This document shows positions 12,995-27,310 of a stretch of DNA of 64,000 nucleotides, one piece after another. The stretch covers positions 12,547,728-12,611,727 of the forward strand of contig CAVNZM010000005.1 of the NCBI GenBank assembly GCA_963693365.1, read 5' to 3'. A program made the position numbers and the translations under genes. Source of the DNA: Amoebidium appalachense. Taxonomy: Eukaryota > Protista > Ichthyosporea. Under the pieces are notes generated by a model. That model did not search any database, had not been told where the DNA came from, and saw nothing but the letters and a program-made list of their open reading frames with translations. Each line of letters opens with the position of its first letter. Position 1 is the first letter of the stretch.

Positions 12995-15598
12995 AGGGGG
13001 GGGGGGGGGGGTTGAACACACGGGAGGTATTATATGGTTGATATCGGGGTGGCAAAAGCAGTTGAAGGTGGTTTATAGCCAATTTAAAGTCATCTAATCA
13101 TAGACCACTCCTATTTCCTGGTCCCTCTCTTCAAAGTATATTCGTATTCAAAAACACCGCACCTCAGACAACCACAAGACCACCAAAATAGGCCACCTAC
13201 CTGGGGGCCCACTAGGCTGTGCATCCTCCACCTTTGCCAGACAACCCTCCCAGTCACACAGCTCACTGGTGGGTGTGGTGCCCGGTATGGCGCTAGCTAG
13301 CCCGGCCTGGTGGCAGAGCACCTGCTCTACACTAATCTGGCCCTAGAGGGCAGTGTGTGCACGTTAGGTGGCGAGAAAAAGTTAGAACAGATAAGCATAG
13401 GGCATATGTGGAGATATACCTCACGGAGCGGAGATGAGACCATGTGTGGATGTGGGAATTAAAAGCAGGTGTGGAGGTAGTGTGCATGTATACAGAGGGA
13501 TTCAAGTGCATGCATTTGTGCAGGCGCATAACACGCATGACCCAGCCACACACGAACCAGTGGCGAGCACACACATACAGGCATTTACTACCCCCCCCCC
13601 ACACACACACACACAAACAAGCATACACACCCACACACGCGCGTGTGCGCACCCACCCACCCACACACACACCTTGCCGTGCTGTGCAAAGTTTCTCCAG
13701 TACCGAGCCACGGGCACATCGTATTCCAACAGCCCTCGGTCGGCTAGCACGTGCACAGCAGTGGCTGGGGGGTGGGTGGGTGGGTGGGTGGGTGGGTGGT
13801 GGTGGTCGGGGGGGGGGGGGGGGGCAGGAGGGACGGATGTCAATTTATGAGATTACGGGGTTTGTATTCCATCTCCTTTGTCTTCACTCACCCATTCCCC
13901 CTCAAAAAACCGATGTGTGTTCACAGCTGTCTTTCATTGCACCAACACACCCATCGCCTTCCATTTTCCCCATTCCTCGATCAGCCATTAGACCAGACGA
14001 TCATCTCGAAGGGAACATTAACTAATAAGACGGGCATGTGAAGTGGCACGAGAAGCTCAGGCGCCGGTACGGGAGTTGCCCCAAGAGCAAACATACGTGC
14101 AGCGCAGGGAACATGCATGCAGGGCCATGCATGGGATGTGAGGAGGTCTATGCGAAAACCAGCCAAAGACCCACTGCCCGTCACACGCGGACATATCCAT
14201 GAACAACGACACCCCTGGGGATCAAGAAACTGCCGGGGAGGAGAAGAGGAAGGGGGGCCCGGAGTATCAAGGGGGAGTGGGAGGGGACAAGGGGGCGGGG
14301 GGCGGGGGGGGGCATGGGCTATACCAGCAATTGCCTTTGTGACGGAGAAGCAGTTGAAGAGGGTGTCTGGTCGTACAGGCCGGGGGTCGACAGGGCCCAT
14401 AGTGCCGGCAGCTGAAATGCGAGGGGGGGGGGGAGGAGGGGAGGGGGAGTTTAAGACAAGAGGTAACACTAGTTCTTTGGGTGATGAAGAACTGGGTTAT
14501 GCATATTAATAAATGGTTTGTGTGCTCTTGAATGTTCGTGTGTGTGTGTGTGTGTGTGTGTGTGTTGTGTGTGTGTGTGTGTGTGGTGTGTGTGTGTTTA
14601 TGTATGTGTGTGCGCGCGCTTGTGTACCTGTGTACCTGCACATGTGGTGTGCGTACTTGTTTGTCAAACTGCACGTGCTTGGGTGTGTGCGTTTTGGTGC
14701 ATGAGTGTGTGTTGCACATGCACATGTGTGTCTGTGTGTGCATGCATGCACGTGCACACACCCTCGTCCAGCAGCATGACGCCGTTCTTGCACACGGCCA
14801 CCTGTATGCCGCAGTAGTGCCCCTCCCTACCCAGCGCTATTAATAGCTGCCGCACCTTCATCTGTGGCCCATCATGTGTCAGTGTGTGCCCCCGTAAACA
14901 CCAGCACTACCTACAAACCAACATTGGCTGATACTTACTTTTTGCCGCTTCAAGATAACAGTGTTAAAACCACTAAGATAGTGTTGTTGTTACCGCTTCA
15001 ACATCATGAAGTGACACTGTTGACCTTCGGGAAACCGTGCTCTCGTACATTCGAGCTTTGGTTGATGGCCACACGTGCAACAAAACGAAATAGGCAAAGC
15101 CATCCAATAAAAACCCCACCTTCCACCCAACCACAACCCTCACATCCACCGGCGGCAATGGCATAGCCCCCCCCCCCCCCACTTACCCCCCCCCCCTCTT
15201 ACCCCCCTCCCCCTCCCCCTCCCAGCCACACCCTCATCTCCCGCCCAATTCCTAGCTTTCAAGCAAGTAACCCTCTCCCCGCGCTCCCAATCATATACCC
15301 ACACACACACTAAACCCAACCAACCATTTAACCACACCATCAACACACACACAAACACACACACACACACTCCCCACCCACCCAACCACATACCCCCCCA
15401 TCCCCCGCACCCACCTGCAGGTCTGCCGCTCTGTGTCCGTTTGGTGTTGGGGCCAGTGGGCGGTAGAGAATTGTTCGTGCATGCTGGGTGGGGGGGTAGC
15501 TGTCCACTAGGGCAAGAGAGGCATAGGGGGAGAGGATCGACAGGTAGGGTATCCGTACATCCTGGGAGGGAGGAGGGGGGGGGGGGGGGGGGGTGAGA

Positions 15599-15645
<47 letters not shown>

Positions 15646-15656
15646 TTTGTGTGTTC

Positions 15657-15688
<32 letters not shown>

Positions 15689-16722
15689 ATGTGTGTGTGT
15701 GTGTGCTCTCTTCTCTCTTTTCTCGTCTCTCTTGCCAGTCGGGCTGCACACTCGTGTCTCTCGTGCAGCCCCACACAGCCTTTTCACGATAGTCGCCACG
15801 CACGTGTCTTCGACGACCAAAAAGAGGTGGGGCGGAAGAAGGATGTTGGGGGTGCGGGTGGGGTTGGTGGTGGTTGAAGAGTAGAAATGACGGGCGGAGG
15901 ATTGGGGCGGGGGAAGGGGGGGGGGTGATGGAGGTTGGTGGTGGAAGAGGGGGGGAGAGGGGGGAGAGGGGGGGAGAGGGGGGAGAGGGGGGGGAGAGGG
16001 GGGAGAGGGGGGAGAGGGGGGGGAGAGGGGGGAGGTTAAAAAGGGGAGAGGCAGGGCGGCGGGGGGGGGGGGAAGGGGGGAGGGGAGGAGGGGGGAGGGG
16101 GGAAAGGGGGGGGGGGGGGGGGGGGGGTATGCTACCAGGGCGGAGCACAGTCCTCTGAGCAGGGCTGTGACTCTGAAGAAGAACAGTAGCTCACCGGGCC
16201 ATGCATCCACAGGGTTGCGCTGGGAGGGCGCTAGCTGCTCTCTCTTGGCCATCTGCTGTGCTCGAAACTGCGCTACCTGCAAAACACATGTCAGGAACAA
16301 GGGGGGAAAAAAAGAAAAAGGGTGGGTGTGGTGGAGGGGAGGGCAGTTCTCTCACTCTCTGTGCTCTTCCTCTTTCCTCTACATACAAGACTGAGAAACA
16401 AAATACTAGCGACAAATAATTGAAACACTGACTTTCTGCCGTTGGTACCAACCCTACGTGTGTTAAAGTATCGGTAGGCAGAAACAGAGGTGAGAGGAAG
16501 GGAGGACGAGTGCAAGGAGGGGTGGGCAAGAGTGCAACCAAAACGGGTATGTGTGCCTCTGTGCGTTGCCTTGGCAGGCGATGTTTCTCGGACAGCCGTG
16601 GGGGGGGGGGGGGGGGGGGGGGGGGATGGGGGAAGTAGGGGGGGGGGGGGGGGGGGGGGGGGGGGAGAAAGGGTAGTGGGGAAGAAGAGAGAGAGAAGGG
16701 GAAGGGTGTGAGATAGATAATG

Positions 16723-16787
<65 letters not shown>

Positions 16788-16997
16788 ATGACCGTCTTTC
16801 TAGCCTCAGCACTAGGCTCTGTGTCTCTCAGATAGAACCTCAACACACGCATATCCTCGGAAGGATCCTCCCTCTTTAACTTCAACCCCATGGCATCAAA
16901 CGAGGTAAGCAGGCCCCCAAAGTCACGTGAGGATGCAGCTACGATCATCTGGGAGAGAGCAAGACGTATGGGGTTGGATAGGCGCTTGGTGAGACCT

Positions 16998-17028
<31 letters not shown>

Positions 17029-18752
17029 GAATGGGGTTAGAGACGAAGGGCACATTCATGTTAGAAGGGTATGTTTCTGTGTGGGTGAGTGGGTGTATGT
17101 GTGTGTGTGTGAATGTGTGTGGGTGTATGTGTGTGTGTGTGAATGTGTGTGGGTGTATGTGTGTGTGTGTGAATGTGTGTGGGTGTATGTGTGTGTGTGT
17201 GAATGTGTGTGGGTGGGTAGGTGGGCGGGCACGCGGGCAAGTGGGTGGGTGGGTGGGTGGGGAGGGGGGGGGGGAGGGGGGAGGGGGGATGTGACAGGGG
17301 GTTATGGGGAAAACGATGGAGGGGGAGGAGGGGGGGAATAATCAGACTGCCGCAATGGGTGACAGACTAGTGTACTAGGGGATCCATGGATAACAGAACC
17401 CACGAAATTACACCATCCTCTCTTCAATCCAAAACCAAGAGCTTACTCTCCATCCTCTTCTCCCCGACATTGTCTTTGCAAACACAGCAACAAGCACGGT
17501 GGCACTAACCATATGTTGATTTGTTCACAACTGCACTCATCCACCCACATACACATTCACACACCCAGAACCACCCAGCCACTTACCAAAATGCACCCGC
17601 CAACCCATCCCCCAGCCCCTTCCCCCCTCCCCCCCCCCCCCCCCCCCCCTCCATCCCCTCCCTCCCTCCCTCCCCTGCCACACACACACACGCACCAAAG
17701 TCCAGCAGCACAGGGCGCACATGGCCCTTTGGATCCACATGCACGAGTATGTTGCCGCTGTGAGGGTCGGCATTGAACAGCCCATCCACATACACCTGGT
17801 TGGCATACGCCTAGTGCATAGGTGGTCAGTAGTTGCCTTATATGGCCATACACTTGCCCTTTTAGGGCTTGACTAAAGTGCAAAAACTGCATTTCTTAAA
17901 AATGCATATCACGCAAATGGTTCTTGCTGAGAACCAAGGTATCTCCTGCACCATACAGACACGTCCCCACCAACACAGAGATATTGCACACCCATCCAGT
18001 CAAAATCCCACCTAAGCAACTTCGACCAACACGAGCACACACCTAGCATAAGTGGTAGCCATCTTCCCCCCCCCCCCCCCCCCCCCCCCCCCCTCTTCCC
18101 CCATGCACCTAGTCTGGGAGCCTCACCCCCTGCCACCTACACAATATGGCAATAACATCCCCCTCCGACTACCAAGTATGGCAAGCAAACACACCCAAGC
18201 ATCCACCCAATATTCTCCCCCCCCCCCTCTCCCCCCCCCCCCCCCCCCCCCCCCACCACCATCATCCACCCACCCACCCACCCACCCACCCACCCACCTG
18301 GCATATTCTTCTTACGAGTGCCTGCCTGTCCACGCCCAGCCTGTCGAGCATGTGTGTGTCTGTGACCTTGAAACCCTCCATAAACCCCATCACTAGCACA
18401 CGCCGACGCACCATATTGCCTACTACCGTGGGCACAAGAACATCAAGGCCGGCCCTGCAAACACTACGTTAGCATTGTGGGTTTCTTATTTATGTGTTTT
18501 GTTGGTTGCATTTTAAGGGTGGTAAGGGGGGAAAGGGGAGAGGAGGGGGCGAGACAATGCAGTACATGTCAATGGGAATGATGGGGCGTGTCCCTATTTC
18601 ACGTCCATACACATTCTAAGCAGAACTATGCACACACACACCACCACACCGCCCACTCACAGGCACATATAATACACTACATAAACTGTAGCACCAATGC
18701 ACACACCCTTTTCACGAACCCACCCACGCACCCACCCACGCACCTACCCACC

Positions 18753-18804
<52 letters not shown>

Positions 18805-18807
18805 CAG

Positions 18808-18867
<60 letters not shown>

Positions 18868-18937
18868 CCCCACCCTCCCCCCTTCCTCACCCCTTTGGTA
18901 CATCCCCATCCACAGACACATTACACACAACTACGAT

Positions 18938-19015
<78 letters not shown>

Positions 19016-20036
19016 GCACGCACACCCTCCCCCCTTCCCCAATTTCCGCCTCCCCCCCTCCCCCCCACCCACCCACACCTCTGCATGTTGTCGTGCACCT
19101 CACTCATCATCTTAGCCTCATGGTTGAAGTCCAACTCTTTCACCGCCTCACTCGTCCACTCTCTCACCACCATTCTGAAATCAAAGGTGGGCTCAAACCA
19201 CGCCACCCAGCTCAGAATCACCTCTGTGAAAAAGCCGTGTTAGACATGTGACCTCTTATATTGGTGGAAAAGGTTGGGTGGGTGGCTGGGTGGCGGGGGG
19301 AGGGGGGGGGGGGAGGGAGGCAAGGAGAGCAGGAGAGAGCAGGCGGAGCGCGGAGGGAGGAGGGGGGGGGGGGGGAGGGGACCTACCGAGGTTTTTCATG
19401 TCCTGCATCATCAACACATCGATGTCTTTGTGCTGTGCCCCACCATGTCAGCATAAACTCTTCACACAAACCCACTTTCAACATGGCAAAAAAATAATAA
19501 TAATAATAACCTTCCCCCCCCCCCCCCCCCCCCCCCCATCCCCTCCTCCCTCGGCGCACCTCTCCTCCAATCCCCCCCCCCCCCCCCCCCCCCGGACCCC
19601 ACTCCACATGCCCAATTATCACCCACCCACTCTTACACGCACATACACAATCCCTCCCCCTTTAACCGCTGTTCTGCCCCCCCCCCCCCCCCCCTCCCCC
19701 CCCCCCCCCCCCCCCCCGTCCCCTTCCCCCGGCAGCACAAACATACACACACTTTGACGTTCGAACCACACCTATTCGTCATCCGTCTAACTCTCCTCCC
19801 TCACCCAAAAAGTCATTCGCTCAACCAGCCCCCCCCCCCCCCCCCCCCCCCCCCCCGCCCCTCCCACACAAACCCCTTTCAAACATCCCCACAACCACCA
19901 CCACCACCACTTTTCCCCAGATCCCTTCCCCTGCACCAGATTCCTGCTTCATACCACCCACCCCCCCCCCCCCCCCTGTCCCCCTCTCCCCCCCCCTCCC
20001 CCCCCCCCCCCCCCTCTCCCCCTCTCCCCCCCCCCT

Positions 20037-20079
<43 letters not shown>

Positions 20080-20320
20080 AAGGAAAAAGGAAAGGAAAGA
20101 TAGAAAATAAAAAGAAATATTAATAAAAGATAGGAAGAAAAAATTAAAAACATTCACCTGGACCTTCACCACGACCTGTGTGCCATCCATCAGCACTGCT
20201 CTGTGCACCTGCGCTATCGATGCAGACCCAAGGGGCTCCTCTGTGAAGTCTAAAAACAGAGACCCTATGTCTGGAGGGGGGGGGGGGGGGAGAAGGTGGG
20301 GGTGAGAACGAAGAATGGAT

Positions 20321-20351
<31 letters not shown>

Positions 20352-20928
20352 GGGGGGGGGTAAGGTTGAAGAGTTAATAAGGGGTTGATGGTAAAGAGTA
20401 GATGGGTGGGAAAGGGGGGAGGGTGATGGGGGGGAGGGTGAAGAAGGAATTGGGGGGGGAGGGGGGGAGAGGGAGGGAGGGGGGGGTTAAGGGTGAAGAA
20501 TGGATGGGGGCAGTGTGGCATGGTGTGGGATGCACGGTAGGCTGCAAAAGCACTGGCTGGTCTCCATGAATGTGTGTGTGCCTGTGTTTCTGTTACGTCA
20601 GATGTGTGCATGTGTGGTTCTGTCGGTAGCCCGTGCGTGTGCGCTGTGCTTGTGTGCGAGGGAAAGAGCGAAAAGGAGGGAGGGAAGACGGGAGGGTGGG
20701 GTGTGGGAAAAGGTGGGATGTCGAATGGAGGGTGTGTGGGGGGCGCCCCGGGGGGGGGGGGGGGGGGGGGGAGGGGGGGGGAGGGGGAGGGGAAGGGGAG
20801 GGGGGGGGGGGAGGGGGGGGTATTCTACCCTGGCCCAGCTCACTGCTGACGATGGAGTTGATCTCTGCAAGACTGCTGGTGGGCATACTGTCCTGGAGTA
20901 CACTTAGCTGCAAGAGGTGTGTGTGTGT

Positions 20929-20976
<48 letters not shown>

Positions 20977-21042
20977 ACTTTGCCATATTTGGTGCTGTCT
21001 TAGTCTAACAACCCTTGGGCAGCATTGGAAAAGGAACCATAG

Positions 21043-21102
<60 letters not shown>

Positions 21103-22875
21103 TGTGGGGAGGCTGGGGAGGGAAGGGGGGGAGAGAGAGAGGGAGGGGAGGGGGATGAAGAGGGATGTGAGGAGTCGGGGAATTTGCTCGAGAAGGGTGA
21201 TGATGTAACTGCTAACCTGATGGGTGTAGTGAGGGTCATACCATGGACGGGTTAGGGTAGGGGGCTGTTAGTAAGGAAGCGGACCCTCCGGGGGAGTAGG
21301 AGAAGCGGGGAGGGGGGAAGGGGGGAAGTGGGAGAAGGGGGGGGGGGGGGGGGGGGGGGAAGGGGGGAAGTGGGAGAAGGGTGTGTGTGTGGGGGGGGGG
21401 GGGGGGGGGGGGGGAAGGGGAGGGGGCAGGGGCATACCTCTTTCAACCAGGTCACAGGCACGACGTCAGCCCTCGAGCTGAGATACTGCCCCACCTTGAC
21501 CCAGAACCCCTTGAGCCCTGCATGCACGTGTGAGCGTGTGCACGTGCAGAGTAGGTGGGGGTGTACTGCTTTCACCATCCCCACCATCCCCCCCCCCCCC
21601 CCTCCCCCCTATTTTCTCCCTCTAAAACCTGCAAACAAAATGCACACATGCATATATCCCACTGCCTAAAACATAGCCGCCCCTATGGCCACACCAAGTG
21701 ATGTTTCCGATTGCCACCTGCATAAGAATTGACGGGTATTGTGCGAGTGGCTTAAGGGGTTAAGTTATGTCCCCAATCAGCCCAGATTACTAGATGTCAC
21801 TCTGGGGTGGTAAGAGAAGGAATGGCATTTGGGGACAGCTGTCCCGTCTTTCTGCATTAATGATTGGTGAAACAATCAGAATCTTGCAAAAAAATTATCA
21901 CCCCGGCCGCCCGTTCAGTGACATGAGGCTACTCATTTGGCGGTTTTTGAAAGGAAGCCCTATAAGTTCATATATCCTTATATGCGTAACTTCAATTCCC
22001 TCTTAAATAAAAGTTGTATCGGAAGTGTTTGCGCTAGGTTACCTGGGTGAAGATTGGATGGTTTGAGGGTTTGAGAGCGCATCAGTTCCTAGAAGGTCTG
22101 TCGACCACATCGACAGTGTCGACATGGCTGGAACTGGATGCCTGCCAGTTAACGTTGCCAAAAAAGGCTAAATACTAATGCTGTCAACCAATGGCATCAT
22201 GCTAAACCCACGGGGCACAAATGCCATTCCTTCTCTTACCACCCCATAGTTGTTGCCCACAAAATTACAGGGCCACGCCCCGCGGGCCGGGGGGGGGGGG
22301 GGGGGGGGCATATTTATTCCATTTTTCTAGGCTTCTTCCTCTTCCAACTAGCTCCTTGCTGCATTTTTATAGCTGCAGATAACTTCACATAACACGGGAT
22401 TGGGGGGGGAGAGGGGGGGGGGGGGGGGGGGGGTTACTGATAGTTGTGTCCCTGACCAGCCTTGAGTACTTTCTGTGAGCCCTCTCCCACACCTCATCCT
22501 CCTCCGCCTGTATGGGTGGAGACACTCACATAAGCACGTGCACACGCACAAAACACGTGCATAGATGGGTAGCCAGCACACGCCACGGGTTAAGATTTTA
22601 CCCCACGTGGGTTTGTTCCCCCAATGCGGAGACACGTGCACTCATGCAGGCACGCTGGCACCCCATGTGCACTGTTTGTCTCACGAGCTAATTCTGTGTT
22701 CCGGTTCTGATTGGTGTTTAACGATGTGGGCATGTGCTAGCAGGGGAAGCGTGTGTGTGCGCGCGCACGATTGTGGTGGAGGGGAGGGAGAAGGAGGGGG
22801 GAGTATGCATCGAAGGGTTTCAATCATCATAGAAGCAAAGCCAAACTGTTTTCTTCTTTCTTGTGGGGGGGGGGT

Positions 22876-22911
<36 letters not shown>

Positions 22912-23848
22912 CAAGAAGACAGGGGGGAAAAAAACAACTGTGCAGGCAGAAAGACGCCAACAGAGCCCATCATCAGTGCCGCTATGCCTCCACGAAAGAA
23001 CGGGTTTCCACCCTCAAATTCTTGCGCCAGGTCTGTGCTGGTGTGATGATAACGAAAATGAGGGGGCGGGGGGGAGGGGGGGGAAGATAAATGGACCTCC
23101 GAGTAGTGCTTTCTCCAGGGCTTAGTCTTGCGCAGATACAGATAGCCCAGCACGACCCTACTGCCTACCCCGTACACTACAATGCGCCTATGCAGCAGCC
23201 GCCCTGCATGGAAATAATGTCAGTGCGGGGGGATGGAGGGGAGGGGGAGAGGGGGGGGGGGGGGGGGAGGGGGGGGAGGGGAGGGGGAGTAGAGAGAAAA
23301 GGATGAGGGGGAGGGGCTTGAGCGGGGGAGGGGGAGGGGGGAGGGGGTTGGGGGAAAAGACTGGCGGGGGGGGGAAGGTTTGAAAGGGTGTGGGGATGAC
23401 AAATTAGAGGGGGGAGGGGAAAAGGAGGGAGGAGGCCGAGCACGATAACTAACCAGTAAACAAAAGGCGGGAACGGAGTGCACACCCCACTACGAGTAAA
23501 TCATTGCGGTTCGGCGGGCTTGCAGTGTCAGATTAAAGGGCATAAAATGGATGGGTGTGAGCTCGTGGTACTACCCTGCAACTCGGTTTGCACCAACAGA
23601 GATAATATGACACGAGGGGGTTTCGTGATTCGGTCTTAGTAACAGTTCTGTCTTGTTTTCCTGCACCACCCTCCTTTCCCCCCCCCTCCCCACCCCAATC
23701 ACTACCACCATCCCAAAGAAAAGAAAAAAAAATCATTTTGGTCGTTTACTAGAGCCCCTTTTCTCACGCGAATTCCGTGCAACAACCTGTTAAGCGCCTC
23801 GACTAGGGGAGGGGAAAAGGGAAGATGCTTAGAAGGAAAAGAGAAGCT

Positions 23849-23879
<31 letters not shown>

Positions 23880-24127
23880 CTGTGTATACTCACCTCTGCT
23901 GCTCATTGCATAGATCACGAGCAGCACAAACGTGGTCACAGCAACCAGCGGCCTGAGATTCTCCCACGTGGCCCACTCATCGGGCCGGGCCAGCAGGTAT
24001 TCGGTCTCGACCCGAATGTGCTCGAGCCACACACTGGCAAATGCATGTGCCTGCAGTGCCCAGCCTGTGTGCACGTGTGAGCACAGGGACGTGTGGTTTT
24101 TAGGAGGATTTTTTTCCTTTTTTTTTT

Positions 24128-24158
<31 letters not shown>

Positions 24159-24286
24159 GGGGAGGAACAGGCTGGTGTGCTCAACATTCAGCATGGCCAA
24201 TTACCTAAGTCGGTTGAAGCCACGGCTAAATTCACGGTTAGAGCAGCAGTGAATATTGTAATGGTAGGATAACCGTGAAGAATGGT

Positions 24287-24319
<33 letters not shown>

Positions 24320-25019
24320 GGGGGGGTTCCGAGAGTCGGGGACTGGTGGCGGTGGCTTTTTATTTTTTTGCCCGGGGGAGGGGGGGGGGGGGGGGAGGGG
24401 GGGGGTATTGCAATACCTTCCAGGGTAGAGCGGTGCCACCAAGGGTTCTTGTGTTGCAGCGACTCAACAGACCAAACTATGAGACTGGCATTGGCTAGGA
24501 AGCACCCCAGCACTGTAGGGTCATGATAATTAGCGAGTTGGCATATAGCACATGGTGCATGACATATGGTTGGTTTGTAAAGATAGCTGACACAACCTAT
24601 ATTCTAAATAAAGCATACTTCTTGAAAATGTGGTGGAACCATGCATCACATCTGGGTCGGTTTGTGGAATATTGTTACATCATTTTTGTTGTGTGAACTA
24701 TTAGGTTCCTGGGGATTGGCTGACATTCTACATCTGGTGGTTCCACATGGCTAGTTAGTGATTAGGGTAGGTGTGGGATACAGAAGAACTCGGGCACAGA
24801 GGCGGGGCAAGGATATGTGGTGGTTGCAGATATTGATGTTGCATGTGAGTGCAACCCACCATGTGTGTGATGTGTGATTGTGTGTGGGACAGAATTCAGT
24901 GTATGATGTGGAAAGGGTGGGAACAGGAGATTTTATGTTCATATTAAAGGCGGCGGGGGGGGGGGGGGGGGGGGGGGGGGAGGGGGCAGAATGTGTGTGT
25001 GTGTGTATGTGCGTGTGTA

Positions 25020-25087
<68 letters not shown>

Positions 25088-26334
25088 TGTGTGTGTGTGG
25101 AATAGCAAAGCAGCACTCTCAAAATGGGCGGATTAACGTACCCAGCAGCACTGTCTGCCATGCCAGTCTTGTTCTAGGCCTGTAGCCCTCCAGCCGGTGC
25201 AGCCTCTTCTCTAGCCCCCGCACCTGCATGCATCATACAAGCTCAGCACTGGTATAGGTATCAGCCTTTTTGGCATGGGTATGTACGTGACACACCCATC
25301 ATGAAAACAATAGTCCGGGGAAAGGGGGGGGAGGGGAGGAGGTGACCCTTCTGTCACCCCCAACAGCTTTTGCTATATATAACCGCCCATCACCCCCCCC
25401 CCCCCCCCCCCCCCCCCCCGTGTTCCCAAAAGAGGACATCAACCCCACAACCTCTGGGTAAGGAATGCCGTTTCAGCAATACCGAGAATAACTTTCCAAT
25501 GAGGAAGGCCCTATTTATCCAGTGCATACCTTTGATATGAGGAATGCCATTTTTATTATCCAGTGCATAACTTTGATATCAGGAATGCCCTTTTTTATTA
25601 TCCAGTGCATACCTTTGATATCGGGATTGCCCTTTTTTATTATCCAGTGCATACCTTTGATATCAGGAATGCCCTTTTTTATTATCCAGTGCATACCTTT
25701 GATATCAGGAATGTCATTTTTTGTTGGTCCGACTCCTCCGCCACGCTCACAGGGTTGCCCTCACCGACCCTCCCTATAATTTCATTGCTGAATCCCTGCA
25801 GTTGCTCATCTACCTTTTTCTGTGCCCAAAAAACGGTGAATAAAAAGGATAGTCTAATCAACCCCCCACCCCCCTTCCTCCTCCACCCACCCTACCCTCC
25901 CCCCTTCACCCCTCCCCCTCCCCTCATCTTTCTCTCTCTCCCCCCTCCCCCCCCCTCCTTCCTGCCTCCCCCTTTGTCGCACTTGCTCCCTCTCTCTCTC
26001 CGTCTCCCTCAACACAAAACGGCCGCACAAAAAACACCTACTACGACTTATAGAACCAACCAATGGGATCTCCATTTGAACCATGACTGGGGTTGGTGTG
26101 ATCAATGATTTCACTTTGGCCGTGCGCCTTCTCTCCCTGTGTGTGCTCCCCCCCCCCCCCCCCCCCCCCCGCCCACACACACACCCCACTCCCACCCCCA
26201 CCCCACCCCAAACACACCTACCCCGGCATATCTCCCATATCCCCAACTATTAGGGGTACTCCTCCCCCCCCCCCCCCCCCCCCTCCCCCTCGACCCCCCC
26301 TTCCCCCCCCAAACAAAAAAAAAAAAGCGCGCGA

Positions 26335-26376
<42 letters not shown>

Positions 26377-27278
26377 ACCCTGAATACATACCCTCAGCAG
26401 GCCCCCCTCGACCTCCGGGTCCAAAGCATCTATGTCTGCTATCTCGAGTATATCTCCCACCCCGTCTATCTCCCCCCTGCCTGCTCTTGCATCTTCCCAC
26501 CGTGAAGAAGTTGAACTTCCTCGGCTATGGGTGACGATGCTGTGTGTGGGTATGTGGGTCAAAAGGTGTGGGGATATGGTGAGACATTGTGGATATAATA
26601 TACACAAGAGAGGGGGGGAGAGGGGGGGGGGGGGGGGGAGGGGGGGGGGGGGGGGACGGAGTGGCATCGACTTTTAAAAGAGGTGCCCAAAAAGGGGGTT
26701 TGCAGCAAGGTGGGGAAGTGTGATAATGGGTTGCGGGTACAAAAGCCAGCACTCATAGGTGTGAATGATAACATACTCGCACATTCCCTCCCCTACTCTC
26801 CCTCCCCTCGGGACCCCTCGGCCCTCCATCTCACCCCCTTTCCTCCCCCCCCCCTCTCTCTCCCTCGAACACACCAAAAAAAAAAAAAAGAAAGAAACAA
26901 AAGAAAAGAAAAAGGAAGCAAAGGAAAAAAAGTTGAAGGGAAACAGGGCCAATTCAGTTCCCGTTTGCCACAAGGACCCCTCTGTCCTCGCTTACTGAGA
27001 CCTGCCAATTCTCCGGCCTAAACACCGCCCAACTACCTGTCTGTTCGATTTAGAGGAGGTGCCGAAACGAGAGATTTGCGTGGGTGGTGGAAGGGGGGAA
27101 AGGGGGGTGGGGAGAAGGGGAGGCGAGGGAGGGGAAGAAGGATGGGGGAAGGGGGGGGGGGGAGGGAGAGGGTGGGGGGGAACTACTCAACTACGAGAAT
27201 GCTCACCTCCCAAACTCTGCTGCCGCAGCTGCACAATGACTGGAGGGCGACCTAGCTGGATGCTGGTGTGTGTGCGTG

Positions 27279-27310
<32 letters not shown>

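Noticed and set aside
25513-25718. CRISPR-like array
   Set aside because: Units are contiguous with no unique spacers, there are no cas genes, and the context is a eukaryotic intron.
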